A DNA stretch of 64,000 nt, taken from positions 877,960 through 941,959 of the forward strand of contig CBFDEM010000020.1 of the NCBI GenBank assembly GCA_965603825.1, read 5' to 3'. How positions within the stretch are numbered: position 1 is the stretch's first letter; every line of letters starts with the position of its first letter. This document shows, one piece after another, positions 1 to 13,490 of the stretch. Below the pieces are notes generated by a model. The model saw nothing but the letters and a program-made list of their open reading frames with translations, was not told where the DNA came from and did not search any database. A program made the position numbers and the translations under genes. Source of the stretch: Blepharisma stoltei ATCC 30299. Its lineage: Eukaryota > Protista > Ciliophora.

Positions 1-677
1 GCTGTGCTTCAGAATTTGACTGTGTGCCTAACGCAAACTGTAATTTTACTATGAATAATTTCCCAGGGACCTGTGTCGCTTATTTTTCAGCACCTAATGG
101 TACTCCAGTCCCATGTGCAGTCTCAGGATATTCAAGTTTCTGTCAGAGTGGAGCTTGCTATAATGCTGGGTTCAGCGATTTAGGAGTTTGTGCCCCAGCC
201 CCAGTTTCTCAGCAATTGCCTAACTCTTGTGTTACAAGTAACAGCTGCATGGCCATGAATTCTTTGGGTCAAACGTTCCAGGGAACCTGTACATGTGGAT
301 ATAACCCAACTGGGACCAGCTACTGTTCAGCTCACATTGGAGACGCCCCAGGAAAAGCTTATTTGACTGTTGCAAAGGTACTTTACTCTTCACCAGGTAT
401 GACAAACTGCCAGACAAGCCGAAGGCATTATTCCGACTGTTTAGACAGAGTCGCTGCCACTTTGGGACAGAATACCAATGTGTATTATTCAGCAATTTTG
501 AATTTCACTAATTACCCATTATATATCAACAACGACAACTGTGTGAAATCCATAATTACCTATGACTTCTGGACTCATCTCCCACCTACACCAACCCCTC
601 CTACTCCTCCTCACAACGACACGTCATCATCTGGAATTTTAATCTTGGGACTTGGCTTATTCTTCGCATTCCAATAA
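1..677 (+). CDS. Cys-rich surface protein, 5'-partial, probable GPI anchor
   Basis: Frame is open from the window start (CASEFDCVPN...). Many Cys, including CTCGYNPTGTSYC; Pro/Thr linker (PPTPTPPTPP); hydrophobic C-terminal tail SSSGILILGLGLFFAFQ; TAA at 675-677. Confidence 0.75.
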   Translation, partial: CASEFDCVPNANCNFTMNNFPGTCVAYFSAPNGTPVPCAVSGYSSFCQSGACYNAGFSDLGVCAPAPVSQQLPNSCVTSNSCMAMNSLGQTFQGTCTCGYNPTGTSYCSAHIGDAPGKAYLTVAKVLYSSPGMTNCQTSRRHYSDCLDRVAATLGQNTNVYYSAILNFTNYPLYINNDNCVKSIITYDFWTHLPPTPTPPTPPHNDTSSSGILILGLGLFFAFQ

Positions 678-700
678 GACTAATAGATCTTTTAGAATAA

Positions 701-2788
701 ATGTTTAAAGTAATAGCATATGGTCTTTTACTGGTCTGTTTACTTGTCTATTGTGCTTATCAAGCTATCATAAACCGTAGCAAGATCTCGGGATTCATTG
801 AATATGTCACTCCTCCTAAGTACTCTCCAAATAACCCAAAAGTAAGCACTGTATCGAAAAAGTATATTACCCCGAGAATTAATAATGCAACAGAAATAAT
901 TGATTTTAATAGAGATTTTCCTGTCCCATCTTTGCCTTTTCGGTTAGATGATACAGATTTGCTGAAGGCTGAAGAACTGACATGTGAGCCGGAGTCTTTT
1001 GGGTATTCTAGAGAAAAAGGGGAGCTAGTTTTTCCAGAGTATATTTACCCAAAATGTTCTCAAGTAAACAACCAAAACGACACACGCTTAAAAATCAATG
1101 ACGGATTTCTTTATATGGACTGTCCTGGAAAATTTAAAGGGAGATATGTGACTGGACCAGTCAATAGTCAGAAATTGGCAACCCAAGATGAGCTTTATGA
1201 CCTTTGAGAAGTCCACGACTACAAAAAGCCTGCAAAGCTCTCTGAAAACACAGAATTTGCTATTGGTTCATGTGAAGAAAACCCTACAAAAACTTACAAA
1301 GAAGCTTACATGACCCCGAATTTCAATGAGCCAGCCTATAAAGAAGCAAAACAAAAAGTCACAGGTAAGCCAAAGATCATATTTTTGCTGACCTTGGACT
1401 CAGTATCTAGACGGCACTTTTTCAGAAAGCTTCCAAAGACAATAGAATATTTAAACGGACTTAATAGAAAAGACGAGTATTTTGTATTTGATTTTAAGCT
1501 GCACAATATTTTAGGGGCCACGTCAGTAGGCAACCAGGTGCCGATTTTTGGTGAAAAAGAAAAATACAATGAAGATTATGGCGGAAGTAAAAATATTGAT
1601 TATATAGGAGAAACTGCTTTATGAAATATATTGAGGGAGCATGGATATATTAGCTTAATTGGCTTAGAAAATTGTGATAATTATTTTCCTAAGTCGTTAG
1701 GAAGAATTCCACATGCGGATTATGTGATAAATCCGTTTTATTGTGCTGTTTATAAATATACAGATTATAAACTTGATATAGAATTTGCATTGAAGCAAAG
1801 ATGTTTAGGAGCTTATATGACTCATTATTATGCTTTAAATTATACTTATAACTTGGCAGGGATGAATCAAGGGGTAAATCAGTTTCTTTATCTGCATTTA
1901 AATGCTGCCCACGAAGCTACAGGGCTGCATGCAGCTACACTTGATGAGGATTTGCCTGATTATATAGAAAAATTTTTAACTTCTTATGGCAAAACTCACG
2001 ATATTTCAATATTTTTAGGTGCTGACCATGGCATGCGCTATGGAGACTGGTTTAAAGAGCTTTCCGCCTATCAAGAGCATAAGCTTCCAAGCTTATTTTT
2101 AATCACAAATAGAGAATTTTTATCAAAATTCCCAAATGCTTATGAAGCTTTATCAATGAACACCTTAAGATTGACATCAAAGCGTGATATCAGAAAAACC
2201 CTGCTGTACATGGCAGGAATTGATGAAAACACTGAATTTGGGGTCAATTTAATGAAAGAAATCTCTCCTAAAGCCAGAACCTGCAAAGACGCAGGTATCA
2301 AACCATTAGAATGCTCCTGCTCTCAAATGCTACCAGTTGAAAACCCTGACCCTGAATTTAAGCATTTTCTAACCAGACTGCAAAACCTTGTAGAAGTAAC
2401 CATAAATGCTCAGTCCTATGCAAGTCCTATACACAGTAAAGGCTCTATCTGCCAAAAAGTCTATATAAATCAAATAGAAAAAGCTTATTCTCTACAAACT
2501 TCTAATGTCGAAGAATTTATCCGCATTGAAATGTCTGTGATTGGACACCCAAAAGTAAGGTTCCAGGCAACTATCTTTGTGAGTTCTTATTATTCTGATT
2601 TATTGACGTATTCTTCTATGAGATATAACTCAAATGCTGAGGTGTTTAGGTCTTCAAGAGTAAGAAGCAAAATTATTAATATTTCGAGGCTTGATAAATA
2701 TGCAGGAAAATGCGAACTTATTGCAATTAATGCGGGGCTTAGAGCGGATACTTGTTTATGTACTGATGAAGTATTAGAAAATAGTTAA
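701..2788 (+). CDS. DUF229-family (alkaline-phosphatase/sulfatase-like) type II membrane protein, 695 aa
   Basis: Three ORF-track pieces share one frame, joined by TGA=W at 1205 and 1622. N-terminal TM; motifs LTLDSVSRRHFFRKLPKT, GADHGMRYG and HKLPSLF are typical of DUF229. Confidence 0.8.
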
Positions 2789-4016
2789 TTAATATCGATA
2801 TCTATAATTATACTGTGTTGAATAATCCCAAGTGGGAGATGATAATTCTGACCTGGAATTATAAGTAAATTCATCCTCATATCGCTGCGAACTTGTAGGA
2901 GATGTCTGTGGAGAGCTAAATAATTTTTTAGCTGTAATCAGCCGATGAGCTTGGCCATGGTCTCCATAAATTGCTTTGAATTTGTCAGTGGTTGAGTAGT
3001 CGAAGTCAAAGGTGAATTTTCTTTTGTAATCTTCATGATTTTTGTTGATTCTTAAATCATAATCAACTAAAAATTGCTGCTGAGGTCCTAATACACTTCC
3101 AGGTCTGCAAATTCTGCACCATCCTATGAAATCTTCAGCAGGGAAACTATAATTTTTTATAGCATAGCAGCCTATCAATGTCCCAGTTCTTCCTAAGCCT
3201 GCTTTGCAATGCACAGCAACTGCGCCAACTTCATAGTCCACAATTTGGTTAAAATTCTCCACAATTTCATCTATGGGACAGCTTCCATCTAAAAAAAATA
3301 ATTCATAATGGTTAATCCCATACCTAATAAACCTCCCTTCGTCATATGTCTTCTCATTAAGCCTTATTACAGCTGAAATTCCTATTCTCTTAAATAAGTT
3401 CACATAATCCTCTGGCGACCAATTTCCTGTCTCATAATTATTCGAAGGGCAACTAAATGCCAATAATTTCCCTGGAATAATTCAGTTTAGGTCTCCGTTT
3501 TCTATTTTTTCATGATATTCCACAAACTCTCTGTCAAAATTGTAATAATCAAACCAATTTAATTGAATTGCTTTTTCAAGACCCCGCAAGCAGTGCAAAA
3601 TTGTGCAATCATAATAGCAGGGTCCGAACAAAGCGTCACGAAATGGGACAAAAGGAGATTGTAAAGCAAAGCGACGCCAAGCTTCATTCGCAGATTTTTT
3701 TAAAACGATTACTTGGAATGCAGAGATTAAAAACGCTGCATTTGCTCTTTTCGCTTGATTTGTGGAACAGTAGTGAAAAATTTGAAGATTTTGATAGCGA
3801 GAGTCACAGAGAAGTTTCTCCAAGTTTGAGCAGTACCGATGAATCATAGAGAGATTTAATGGGCCAAAATCTTGGCAAAATGCGATATATTGAAGTTCCT
3901 GAGTTGTAAATTACATCGTCAATGCTGAAACAACAGGTATAATCGTCAGAAGGCGGAGGTGCGTAATCACAAATTCAAAAAAGACGGTTTGGGATTATCT
4001 CCACTATAGAGCTCAT
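2789..4016 (-). CDS. CDC14: CDC14 dual-specificity phosphatase (2 exons, ~403 aa)
   Basis: MSSIVEIIPNRLFW..., DFGPLNLSMIHRY, PFRDA, NGDLN-W(TGA 3482-3484)-IIPGKLLAF, catalytic HCKAGLGRTG, RPGSVLGPQQ. 16-nt intron at 3899-3914. Confidence 0.95.
3899..3914 (-). other. 16-nt spliceosomal intron (GTAATTTACAACTCAG)
   Basis: Removal joins FSIDD to ELQYIAFCQDFGP, restoring the CDC14 frame. Confidence 0.9.
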
Positions 4017-6033
4017 AGGAATTAAATTATATTCAATAAATTTTAAATATGATAAGACATTTAAACGCTATTTGATAGCTTTATAGCCCTAGCAGCATAT
4101 TTGAGAGACTCTAGTAATTTTAAGCCTTGAATATATTAAAATAAATTGCTAACTTCTTCCTCTGTGTGTAAGGAAAAAAGCTTTGCTGATAAATTTTTTT
4201 CTGGAGTTTGATGCTGGAGTAAAAGCAGAAGATGTCATTGCCAAAATATAAAACATGTCTAACTCAAAATTTTGATATAGTTTTAGTTGAGAAAATCCTA
4301 TATTTGATAGAGATATGGCAATTAGTTCCAAAAAATAGCCTTATTGATTCTTTGCCATATAGCCTACATCATTCTGAACTAAAAGATGACTCAAATAGCA
4401 TAGATTAATTGATAAACTCTTATCGAAATCAAAAATAAAAATAATAAAACTAAATGAAAGAATTTTTAGCTGTTTTATAACAAATAGAAAGCTTTCCATA
4501 TGTAAGATATTTTTTTGCACATGTCAAACTTGCTAATTGGCTTGCTTTTAAATTTTAAAAAGTTTTGAGCAGGTGGAGTAGAATTCCACACGCGTAAGGC
4601 AGCAAGAAATTACAGCAATGCATTATCAGTTTTATGCAAGAAATTGAATAAAGAAAAGCATATTCTTTCAATTAGATTATTTAGCTTACATAAGCAAAAG
4701 CTTAATTTATTAATTATAATTTTATTAAACACTCTTAATTATTTATTAAATAGATCAATAGATAATCTTTTATTAAATTTATATATATTGTTGGGACTTC
4801 AAAGGATTAGATAATTCTTCATTTTAAGATATTATTTGAAATTTCCTTATTCAAAATGGTTTTTATTATATACAATTGCCTTAAGCGAAATAGCTATCTA
4901 AAGAAAATATATTTTCAACCTATATGATAATGATGATTTTTCAGCATTCGCTTTTTTCCTTTAAAAATCGCGAAAACAAGTTTTACAGCAATAATTCCCT
5001 ATAAATCTTATTTACCAAATCAATATTGAATTCCAAAATAGTGCTCTTATGTGTAAGAGCTTAATAATCATATATTCTCAATAAACAAATTTTTATTAAA
5101 ATTCTGTCAAGTTTATCATTCTTATTTTATGCCATTTATTATCTCACTAAAATATTAATCGAATAGATTTATTAATATTTATTTAAGAAATTTAGTTTAA
5201 AACAATTGCGAAATTCTATTAGATTGTTCTCAAAAATATTACTTCCAGATGTGATAGTTGAAAAATTTTATCTAGCAAAATTAATGATATTGAATGCCAC
5301 ACTGTAAGATGCTAGAATTATATTGGCTAGAAATTTTTCCTTAATAGAATTAATTAAATTATTTCCTTTTAGAAGTAAAAATTATAAATTTTTTGGTTAA
5401 TTATTAAAAGCTGTTTCGGCCTGAGGCTTTTAAGAATATTGCTTAATCAACTACTTAATTCGATTTAAAATTGATTAATTATAAGTCCCTGTAAAAATTT
5501 CTGATTTTCTGACAGAAATTAGTTGCAAGTTAACTGAAAAATTTTTCTAACCATCTTAATTAAATATCATCTATTACAAAATTCCTTAAGCAATAAGATT
5601 AATCCTTTAGCTCTATAAGAAATTCGATTTTTCTTTTTAATAATTATTAAAGTATGCGGTTTTTTTTAAGAGTTCAAACACAATGAACTTAAATATTTTT
5701 AAAATCTTGCAGTTAAAATTAAATATAAGACTCTAATCACCAAACTGAAATATTATTTATTTTTAAGAATTGGCGATGAAAATCTTTCAGTTTGCCTATT
5801 TTCAAAAACTCTAAGCCAACTTCTTATCTTCTATTCAATTTTTTTCTACATCTCGACCTCAATAAAAATAACTTCCTCCTAAGAATTGTTTATTAAACTC
5901 TCAATAGCTTTTGAATTTCTTCATCTTTAGTCAAATTCTTATTTCTTCTTCTTAATCCATATTTAACTTCTTTAGCTAATCCAAACGTAAATGTGTGATC
6001 ATCGATCAATAATTCGAATTTATTATAAAAATA

Positions 6034-8597
6034 ATGTTTGGTTTGCTTTGTTTAACATTGCTCTCAACCGTATTAGGCCACCAATGTGGTGTAGGCGAGG
6101 ATTGGCAGCCTACAATTCATAAATATCCTCATTCAGGCCGCCAGCTGGAAACAGGCCTAGACCGTGGTGCAGACCTAAAGCCACTTCGTCTCCACTTTGA
6201 GTATTTGGACCTTAACATGGACTCATCACAAGAAACTATCCTCAAGGATCAAGTAATGCCAGCAGTTATGCACTGGTTTAACACTACCCTTAAGGTTTAT
6301 CCTTTAACAGCAAACTTAGTAGTCTCAATCTCAGAATGTAATGGCGCATCTGTACCTGCTGATCACCAATCGACAGGAATTCCCGACACTGATTTCGTTG
6401 TCTATATTACTGGATCAGCTCAAGGATCTGCAGCTGAAGTAGCTGTTGGTGGAACTTGTTTGCAAGACTCTGCAGGCAGAAAAAACCCACTCGCAGGGTC
6501 TTTTGCAATCAATACAGACGCCTTCTTTTCTAGTGATACAACTTTGGCACAACAAATTATCATTTCTATGCATGAGCTTACCCACGCTTTGGTCTTTTCC
6601 TCTGACCTTTTTAGCGATTTTACAGACTCAAATGGAGACGCTTATGCAAGTGATGGAGTTGTAAAGACCGTTACCCTATCAGATAGGTCAAAAACTGCGA
6701 CCATAGTAACTCTGCCTAATGTTTTATCAGAAGCTGCGGCATTCTTTTCATGTAACGAACTTGAAGGACTAGAGCTAGAAGACTACGGCGGGACTGGGGT
6801 TGCAGGAAACCATTGGGAAGCTAAAATTGTCAGAGAAGATTACATGACAGCAGAAATCCCTGAGCATCCAGCTTTATCTGCTTTAACTTTAGCTCTATTT
6901 GGAGACTCAGGCTGGTATTCTGTTGATACCAGCAGAGCTCAGCCTATGATTTGGGGTAAAGACGAAGGCTGTGACTGGGTCAATAAGAAATGTATTGTTG
7001 ATGGCACTCCCTCAGACGGCTTCTGTATAGACGATACTAATGATGATTGCGATTTCTATTCTCTAGGTAAAGGTAAATGCAATCTTAAAGAATATGACGC
7101 TGATCTTGATACACCTTATCAGTACTTTTCGGATCTGAAGAAAGGAGGAAGTGACGCATACTCAGACTACTGTCCAACAGTGAAGGCTGACAAGACTAAA
7201 ATTTGCACTGACCCAAACACTAGTGTTGATAGTAACTATGGAGAAGTTGCAGGATCTAGCAGCAGATGCATGAAGTCAAGCATTGTTAGTAGCAGTCTTG
7301 GTGAAAGCCCTACAGATGCTCCAAGATGCTATGAGGTAAAATGTGAGTCTGACAAACTATATGTAATTATTGATGGCACTAGTTATGAATGCGCATATGG
7401 CAATACTTTAACGGTTTCTAATTATGATGGCTCCATAACCTGCCCACAAGTAGAGACTGTGTGTGGAAGAACTCCTTGTCCTGATTTCTGCTTTGGCCAA
7501 GGTACCTGCTCAAAAGGTGTTTGTACTTGCGATGATGGGTTCGCAGGCACAAGCTGTAGTGTCAAATGCGATTCCAAGTGCAAAACTTGTGATGAGTCTG
7601 CAACTAGCACTTGTCTTTCCTGTTATGATACAGCTGAGGTGCAAGATGGCACATGCGTCTGTCCAAGTGGGTATGAATTCGACGCAGTAAATAAAGTGTG
7701 CAAAGAAGAATCAACCCCTATAACTGGATGTGCAGATAGTTGCAATGGATGCGCCACCGAAACGACTTGCGAAGCTTGCTATGAGGGCGCTTCATTAGAC
7801 ACAGAAGGCAATTGCAAATGTGATAATAGTGACAAGACCTTTAACCCTGACACCAAGAAGTGTGAGTTTACTTGTGATGCAATGTGCAATGGCTGTGTCT
7901 CAAATACAGAGTGTGATAGTTGTTATGATACAGCAACTAAAAATACTGAAGGATTGTGCGAGTGTCCTTCTAAAACTGTTTGGAACTCAGGGGAAATGAA
8001 ATGTGATTCATGCGCTGCTAACTGCACTGACTGCTCTGCAGCTAATGTCTGCACCACATGTTCTGATGCTAACGCTGGACCTGTCGAAGGAATATGCAGA
8101 TGCAATTCAAGGTTCTATTTAAAGGATACCACCTGTGAAGGTAATTTTTTACATAGCTTGTGGAGATAATGCAAAAGAATGTGACGCTAATGGAGCAATT
8201 TCATGTGACGACAACTATTTCTTATATAATGATGGAACTACCAAAACTTGTAAATGTAAGAGTTAATTTAGCTTGCTCTGCATCTTGCAATAGCTGCACT
8301 TCAGATCCTGAGTGCTATCAATGTGGAGCTCAAGGAACCACAAGTGGGTCGACTTGTGCAGATGTCTCAGTTGGGTATAAATCAAAATTCAGCAATGGAA
8401 TTTTGACGATTACTTTTGCAGAAGACTTGTCAAAGACTTTAACGAAGAAAAATTTCCAGATCTCTACTAGTGGTTCGACAATTGATACATCGTCATGGAC
8501 TTTGACAAAGGTGTCAGATAAGGAATATACCATAGAGACAAATTTGAAGAAGAGTGACTTGCCGATTTCAGTCGTGCTTGATTTCAATCAAGAATAA
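6034..8597 (+). CDS. Leishmanolysin/GP63-like M8 metalloprotease 1 (3 exons, ~843 aa), Cys-rich EGF/furin-like repeats, C-terminal beta-rich domain
   Basis: Signal peptide, HQCG propeptide, HELTH zinc motif, LELEDYGG..NHWE, DYM Met-turn, LALFGDSGWY. Introns at 8141-8156 and 8256-8271. Confidence 0.92.
8141..8156 (+). other. 16-nt intron (GTAATTTTTTACATAG)
   Basis: Removal continues the Cys-rich frame (TCE-ACGDNAKEC). Confidence 0.85.
8256..8271 (+). other. 16-nt intron (GTAAGAGTTAATTTAG)
   Basis: Removal joins TCK to SCSASCNSC in the frame ending at 8597. Confidence 0.85.
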
Positions 8598-9577
8598 GTT
8601 ATAAGTAACCAGATTAGAAAAATAGTTTTAATTATGAAAAATGGAATTTGGACGGTAAATAATTCATTTATTGCTGCAAGAGGAAGATAAAAATTTTAGT
8701 AAGATTTTATTTATTTTATTTGGAGTTTAATTTATGGTATAAAGTGATTGCACTTATGAGTGGTATAAATTTATTTTTAATTTCTTGGCAATTTTAATAA
8801 AGGAATTCATTGCTTTTAACTAATTAATATCGATTTTTAGATCATTGTAGTTTTCAACTTTGCATTAATAATTTTCACTAATTAATCAACATTTTTGTAT
8901 AAAGAAAATCTAATCATATTTAATTTTTGTGTGGAATATTTCATCAAATATTTTCTTAAATGATAAAAATTAAAATAATTAGTTGAATTAAGTTAAATTA
9001 TATATAATAAAAGCTCATTTTGATGCTTATTCACTATGAAATTGATATTAATTCTAAAAGAAGAATAGTAAAATAAAGTAGTAAATAACCTAAAACACTT
9101 AAAATTATTCAAGGATAAAACGATTGTTCCGTTATAAAAATAAATAAAACTGAGCAAACTTGAAAATCATCAAGCTATTTAAATCCAAAATACTTAAACG
9201 CATTTTCAGCAATTTTATCCTTAAATTATTATAATTTTTAGTGTCCTGAGTCTAAATTCCTAAATGACTTTTATCTTCAGTGTTTTCCAATGAAATTGTA
9301 TCTTATACATTTTATAAGAATTTATAGAATTATTATCCATATTACAAAATTTCAATATGGAGGCATAAAATATACGATGGCATTAATGATAGATATTTAA
9401 GACTCTTTTTACTATGCCCATACACAGTGGCGTGTTTAGGAATGCATCTGAGTCATAATACTCCGAAAGGCCTGCACAGGAAAAATAAGACACCTGCGCA
9501 AATAGTCTCCAGGCATTTTTTTAATCGCTAAATAAGAGATAATTTTTCAATAATTTTCATTGAGCTATAATATAAAA

Positions 9578-12515
9578 ATGTTTCTCGTGCTGCTTTTGAG
9601 CTTCATTTCTTACTCATTTCAGCATGAATGTGGTGTAGGCCCAGACTGGCAGCCAGACCTTAAGCAATATCCTCATGAAGGCCGCAGCTTAGAATCGGGC
9701 TTAAACCGTGACACGCACTTTAAACCTCTCCGCATCCATTTTGAGTACTCTGCCCTTACCTTGACTGAAGACCAACTATCAATTCTCCAAAATGAAATTA
9801 TTCCTCCAGTGCAACATTGGTTTCAATCTGTCCTCAGCGTCAACCCTCTTATAAATAATCTAATTAATCCTTTTGACACCTGCAATGGCCTCCCAGTTCC
9901 CTCTCTTCACAAAACTAAAGGAATTTCAGATACAGATTTTATTATTTATTTAAACAATGAAGACAGCCCTTTTAGCAATTTTATTGCATATGCAGCACCG
10001 TGCCTAATAGAATCAAGGGGTAGATTTAACGTATTAGCTGGATCATTTACAATAAATGTCTACTATTTTTACAACATGCCAAGATACCAACAAATTGGTG
10101 TAGCTATCCATGAACTAACCCATGATTTGGCCTTTTCACCTTCGCTTTATAATTGGTTTGTAAAACCAGATGGCAGCCGTTATAAACAAGAAGAAATTTT
10201 TAAAACGGTTTATTACCCGCACAGAGGCAAGTCCTCAACATTATTAATTTTGCCGACTGTGGCAGAAAAGGCTAGAGAAATATATGGCTGTGAAACTGTC
10301 GAAGGGTTAGAGCTTGAAGATTACGGAAGTAGCTCTGCAGGTGCACATTGGGAAATGAAGATTGTAATAGAAGACTACATGGTTTCTGTTTTCCCTGATT
10401 TCCCTTCTTATTCCAACTTAACTTTAGCTCTATTCCAAGACTCTGGCTGGTATAAAGTAGATTTCAGCTATGCACAACCTATTACTATAGGAAAAAATGA
10501 AGGCTGCGAAAGATTTGAAGAAAAATGCATTACTGGTAGCATAGTCCAGGCTGGGTTTTGCACTAAAACTAATACTTGTGACTATACCAGGACTACCCCA
10601 ACTAGGTGTGATCTATATAATTATTATGAAGGCATCCCTTCAAATTATCAATATTTTCAAGACCCAATATATGGAGGAGGAAGGTATTCTGACTATTGCC
10701 CATTAATGTATTCTAATCAGAAGAGATGTAGAGATAACAATGAAAATTATGATACATCTTATGGGTGGAAATATGGGTATTCTAGCAGATGTTTTGAGTC
10801 TTCTCTAGTGCTAGAATCAGCTGGGCAATCACCTGTTTTTGCGCCTTCGTGCTATGAGGTAATACGCTGCGAAGAAGATAAAGTTGTGGTTGGGATTGGA
10901 GATCAAAATATAGATTGTCCGTTTAGTGGAGGAGCGGTGACAGTCCCTGGGTACGATGGATATCTTCATTGCCCAGATTCAAGTATTTGTGACGAAATAG
11001 TCCCTTGCTTGAATAGTTGTTATGGGCAAGGAAAATGTGACAATGGGGTTTGTAGATGCGATGAAGGGTTTGGAGGAAAGGACTGCAGTATTGTTTGTGT
11101 GGGAAATTGCAAATCTTGTAATGATTTGTCTTCATGCACGTCTTGCTATTCTATTGCTACACTAGAAAATGGAGTGTGTTATTGTCCTGATGGGGCAACT
11201 TGGGATGATACTCAAAAAGTATGCATGCCAGGGACAATAATTGGTTGTCCTAAAGAATGCAATGGCTGTGCTGATGAAACTACATGTGCGGCCTGCTATG
11301 GGTCTATGACTTTAAACGATAAAAACCTTTGTGAATGTCCAAGTGGGACATCTTTTAACGTGAATTCTAATACTTGTGAAACTATTATAGGGTGCTCTGA
11401 CTCCTGCAATGGATGTGACACTCCTCAAGCTTGCTTATCTTGCTATGATACAGCTACCTTACAAAATGGTGACTGTATTTGCCCAGATGGCCATTACTTT
11501 AACCCAGAAACCAAAACTTGTGACATTTATATAACTGATGGCTGCAGCTTAGGCTGCCAAGCCTGCCAATATTCAGGTGAATGCGCCAAATGTACTGACG
11601 AAAATGCTATAATTCTCTATAATAAATGCTTCTGCAAAAAAGGATATTATGAAGATGAGTCATTAGGGTCAGCTAATTGCCACAGTAATTTCTATATAGA
11701 ATGCAACGATGACTGTACATCATGCACTTCCTTAGAATCCTGCACCAGTTGTGATGATCCTCTAATGACGCCTAAAGCTGATGGCTCCTGTATATGCCCA
11801 GACGGCTATTATGGCTTAACCTTATATGGCTTTACAAGTTGCTATAGTAATTTTTACATAGAATGTGTCAGCGGCTGTAAAATTTGTGACAGTGAATATA
11901 ACTGTTTAGAATGCACCGACCCTAATGGGGAAAATTATGACAGCTATTGTGGCTGCAAAATTGGATATTTTAATGGATGGGATCAAGACGGAGATAGAAT
12001 TTGTTTACGTAAAGGATTATTTAGCTTGCGCTGATAGATGTGAAAGCTGCTATAGTCTGTATTATTGCGAAATGTGCAAGGCAGGATATATAATGGACGC
12101 GATGGGCTATTGTCGCTGTGAGACAGGGTTTTATGATTTTTTTGATGGAGAAAATACAGTTTGCAAAGGTAAAAAATATTTAGCTTGTGATAATAATTGT
12201 GATAGTTCTTGTGGGGGCAGTGAAGATTGCTATAAATGTGCGGATACCGCTATTAATTACAGCCAGCAGTGCAAAGAAATTAATTTTGGTTATAAGACAG
12301 CCTTTAAGGAAGGAATAATTACAATCTTTTTTGCTTCTGATATTAGCTATTATTTGACTAAGAAGAATTTCAAGGTAAATTCTAATGACGGAAGAACTTT
12401 TGATACAGAAAGTTGGTGGGTAGAGCGTTATAACTTGAAAACTTATAAAATCCATACAGACTTGGCAAGAAGTGATTTGCCAGTAAGCGTTGTTCTTGAT
12501 TTTAATCGTGGATAA
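9578..12515 (+). CDS. Leishmanolysin-like M8 metalloprotease 2 (5 exons, ~958 aa)
   Basis: ATG at 9578, signal peptide, HECG, HELTH, AHWEMK, DSGWY; long furin-like Cys repeats. Four introns (61 nt in total) give an intact frame. Confidence 0.92.
11685..11699 (+). other. 15-nt intron (GTAATTTCTATATAG), in-frame, stop-less
   Basis: Same position as the stop-containing intron 15601-15615 of paralogue 3. Confidence 0.8.
11847..11861 (+). other. 15-nt intron (GTAATTTTTACATAG), in-frame, stop-less
   Basis: Matches the intron consensus; position shared with 15763-15777. Confidence 0.75.
12009..12024 (+). other. 16-nt intron (GTAAAGGATTATTTAG)
   Basis: Required to join ORF 9560-12034 to the frame of ORF 11925-12515. 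Confidence 0.88.
12169..12183 (+). other. 15-nt intron (GTAAAAAATATTTAG), in-frame, stop-less
   Basis: Identical in sequence to 16082-16096, at the homologous position. Confidence 0.75.
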
Positions 12516-13490
12516 ATTAGTTTATTTATAAATTCTTTTTAAAGTCATTAAAAAATAAAATTATGGGTCATTGACTCTTTAAATCTAATTTATGGAGAAG
12601 TTAAATGAAAACCATATCAATGCAAATTTTTAAAAACTTATATTAAAATTTTGCATTCAAATATATATTACTTTTAAAGATTTTGGCTCTATTGCTCTAT
12701 ATAAAGTTCTTATTAAGATTAAATTTAGGGTGAGGGGTAGCGGCCATTATTTCAGGGTACCTCCACCGAAGGCCAGCTTTAAATTTGTGAGCCTTAACAC
12801 TAACTCCACCTAACATCATTTTTCAATTAGTTGGCTGATTTATATTGTGAGACTAAATATTGTTTTAATTTGAAGAGTAATGCTAGATAGCACAAACCTT
12901 CCGACTTCAGGGGCAGTGGATAACCTCTCATGGAGGTCCAACAAAGTGTAAGACCCTATGGAGACTAGTAAGCAAAGCATATCAAAGGGAATAAGGCCCT
13001 TCAGGTATCTATTCTGGACTATTCAATAATCATAAATAGAGATGACTAAAATTTTTCGTAAATTAAATCTACAAGCTACAAATGAAAATAATTTTATTAT
13101 TTCGCAAGAGCCGAACTTATAATAACTAAAATGAAACTTCCTTTAATATTTATAAAAACAACTACAAAGAAATCATGAGACATTGAAATATTAGCATCAA
13201 GCTTTATTTTATCTTAAAAATTTGTTCAGATTTATTGTAAAGATTTTGCCATTTGTCTCGATAAGAAATCCAGTAAATAAGGTCATCTCCATAATTAAAA
13301 GTTATATACTTAAACTTATCAGTTGGTATAGCATCTCACCTCATGATTTTTCAAAATTTTCAATAATTTTCGATATAGATAATTTTTTGTATAATTTTTA
13401 AAAAATCATAGAACAATTGAAAGTCTATCACTATCAAAATGGATATTGAATCGATATTTATTCAAAAAAATTTATTGGATTATAATAAAT

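Noticed and set aside
4017-6033. Gene, ncRNA or retained IES in the 2-kb AT-rich gap
   Set aside because: No credible ORF even with TGA=W, no tRNA-like fold and no terminal inverted repeats seen. An IES cannot be called without MIC/MAC read comparison.
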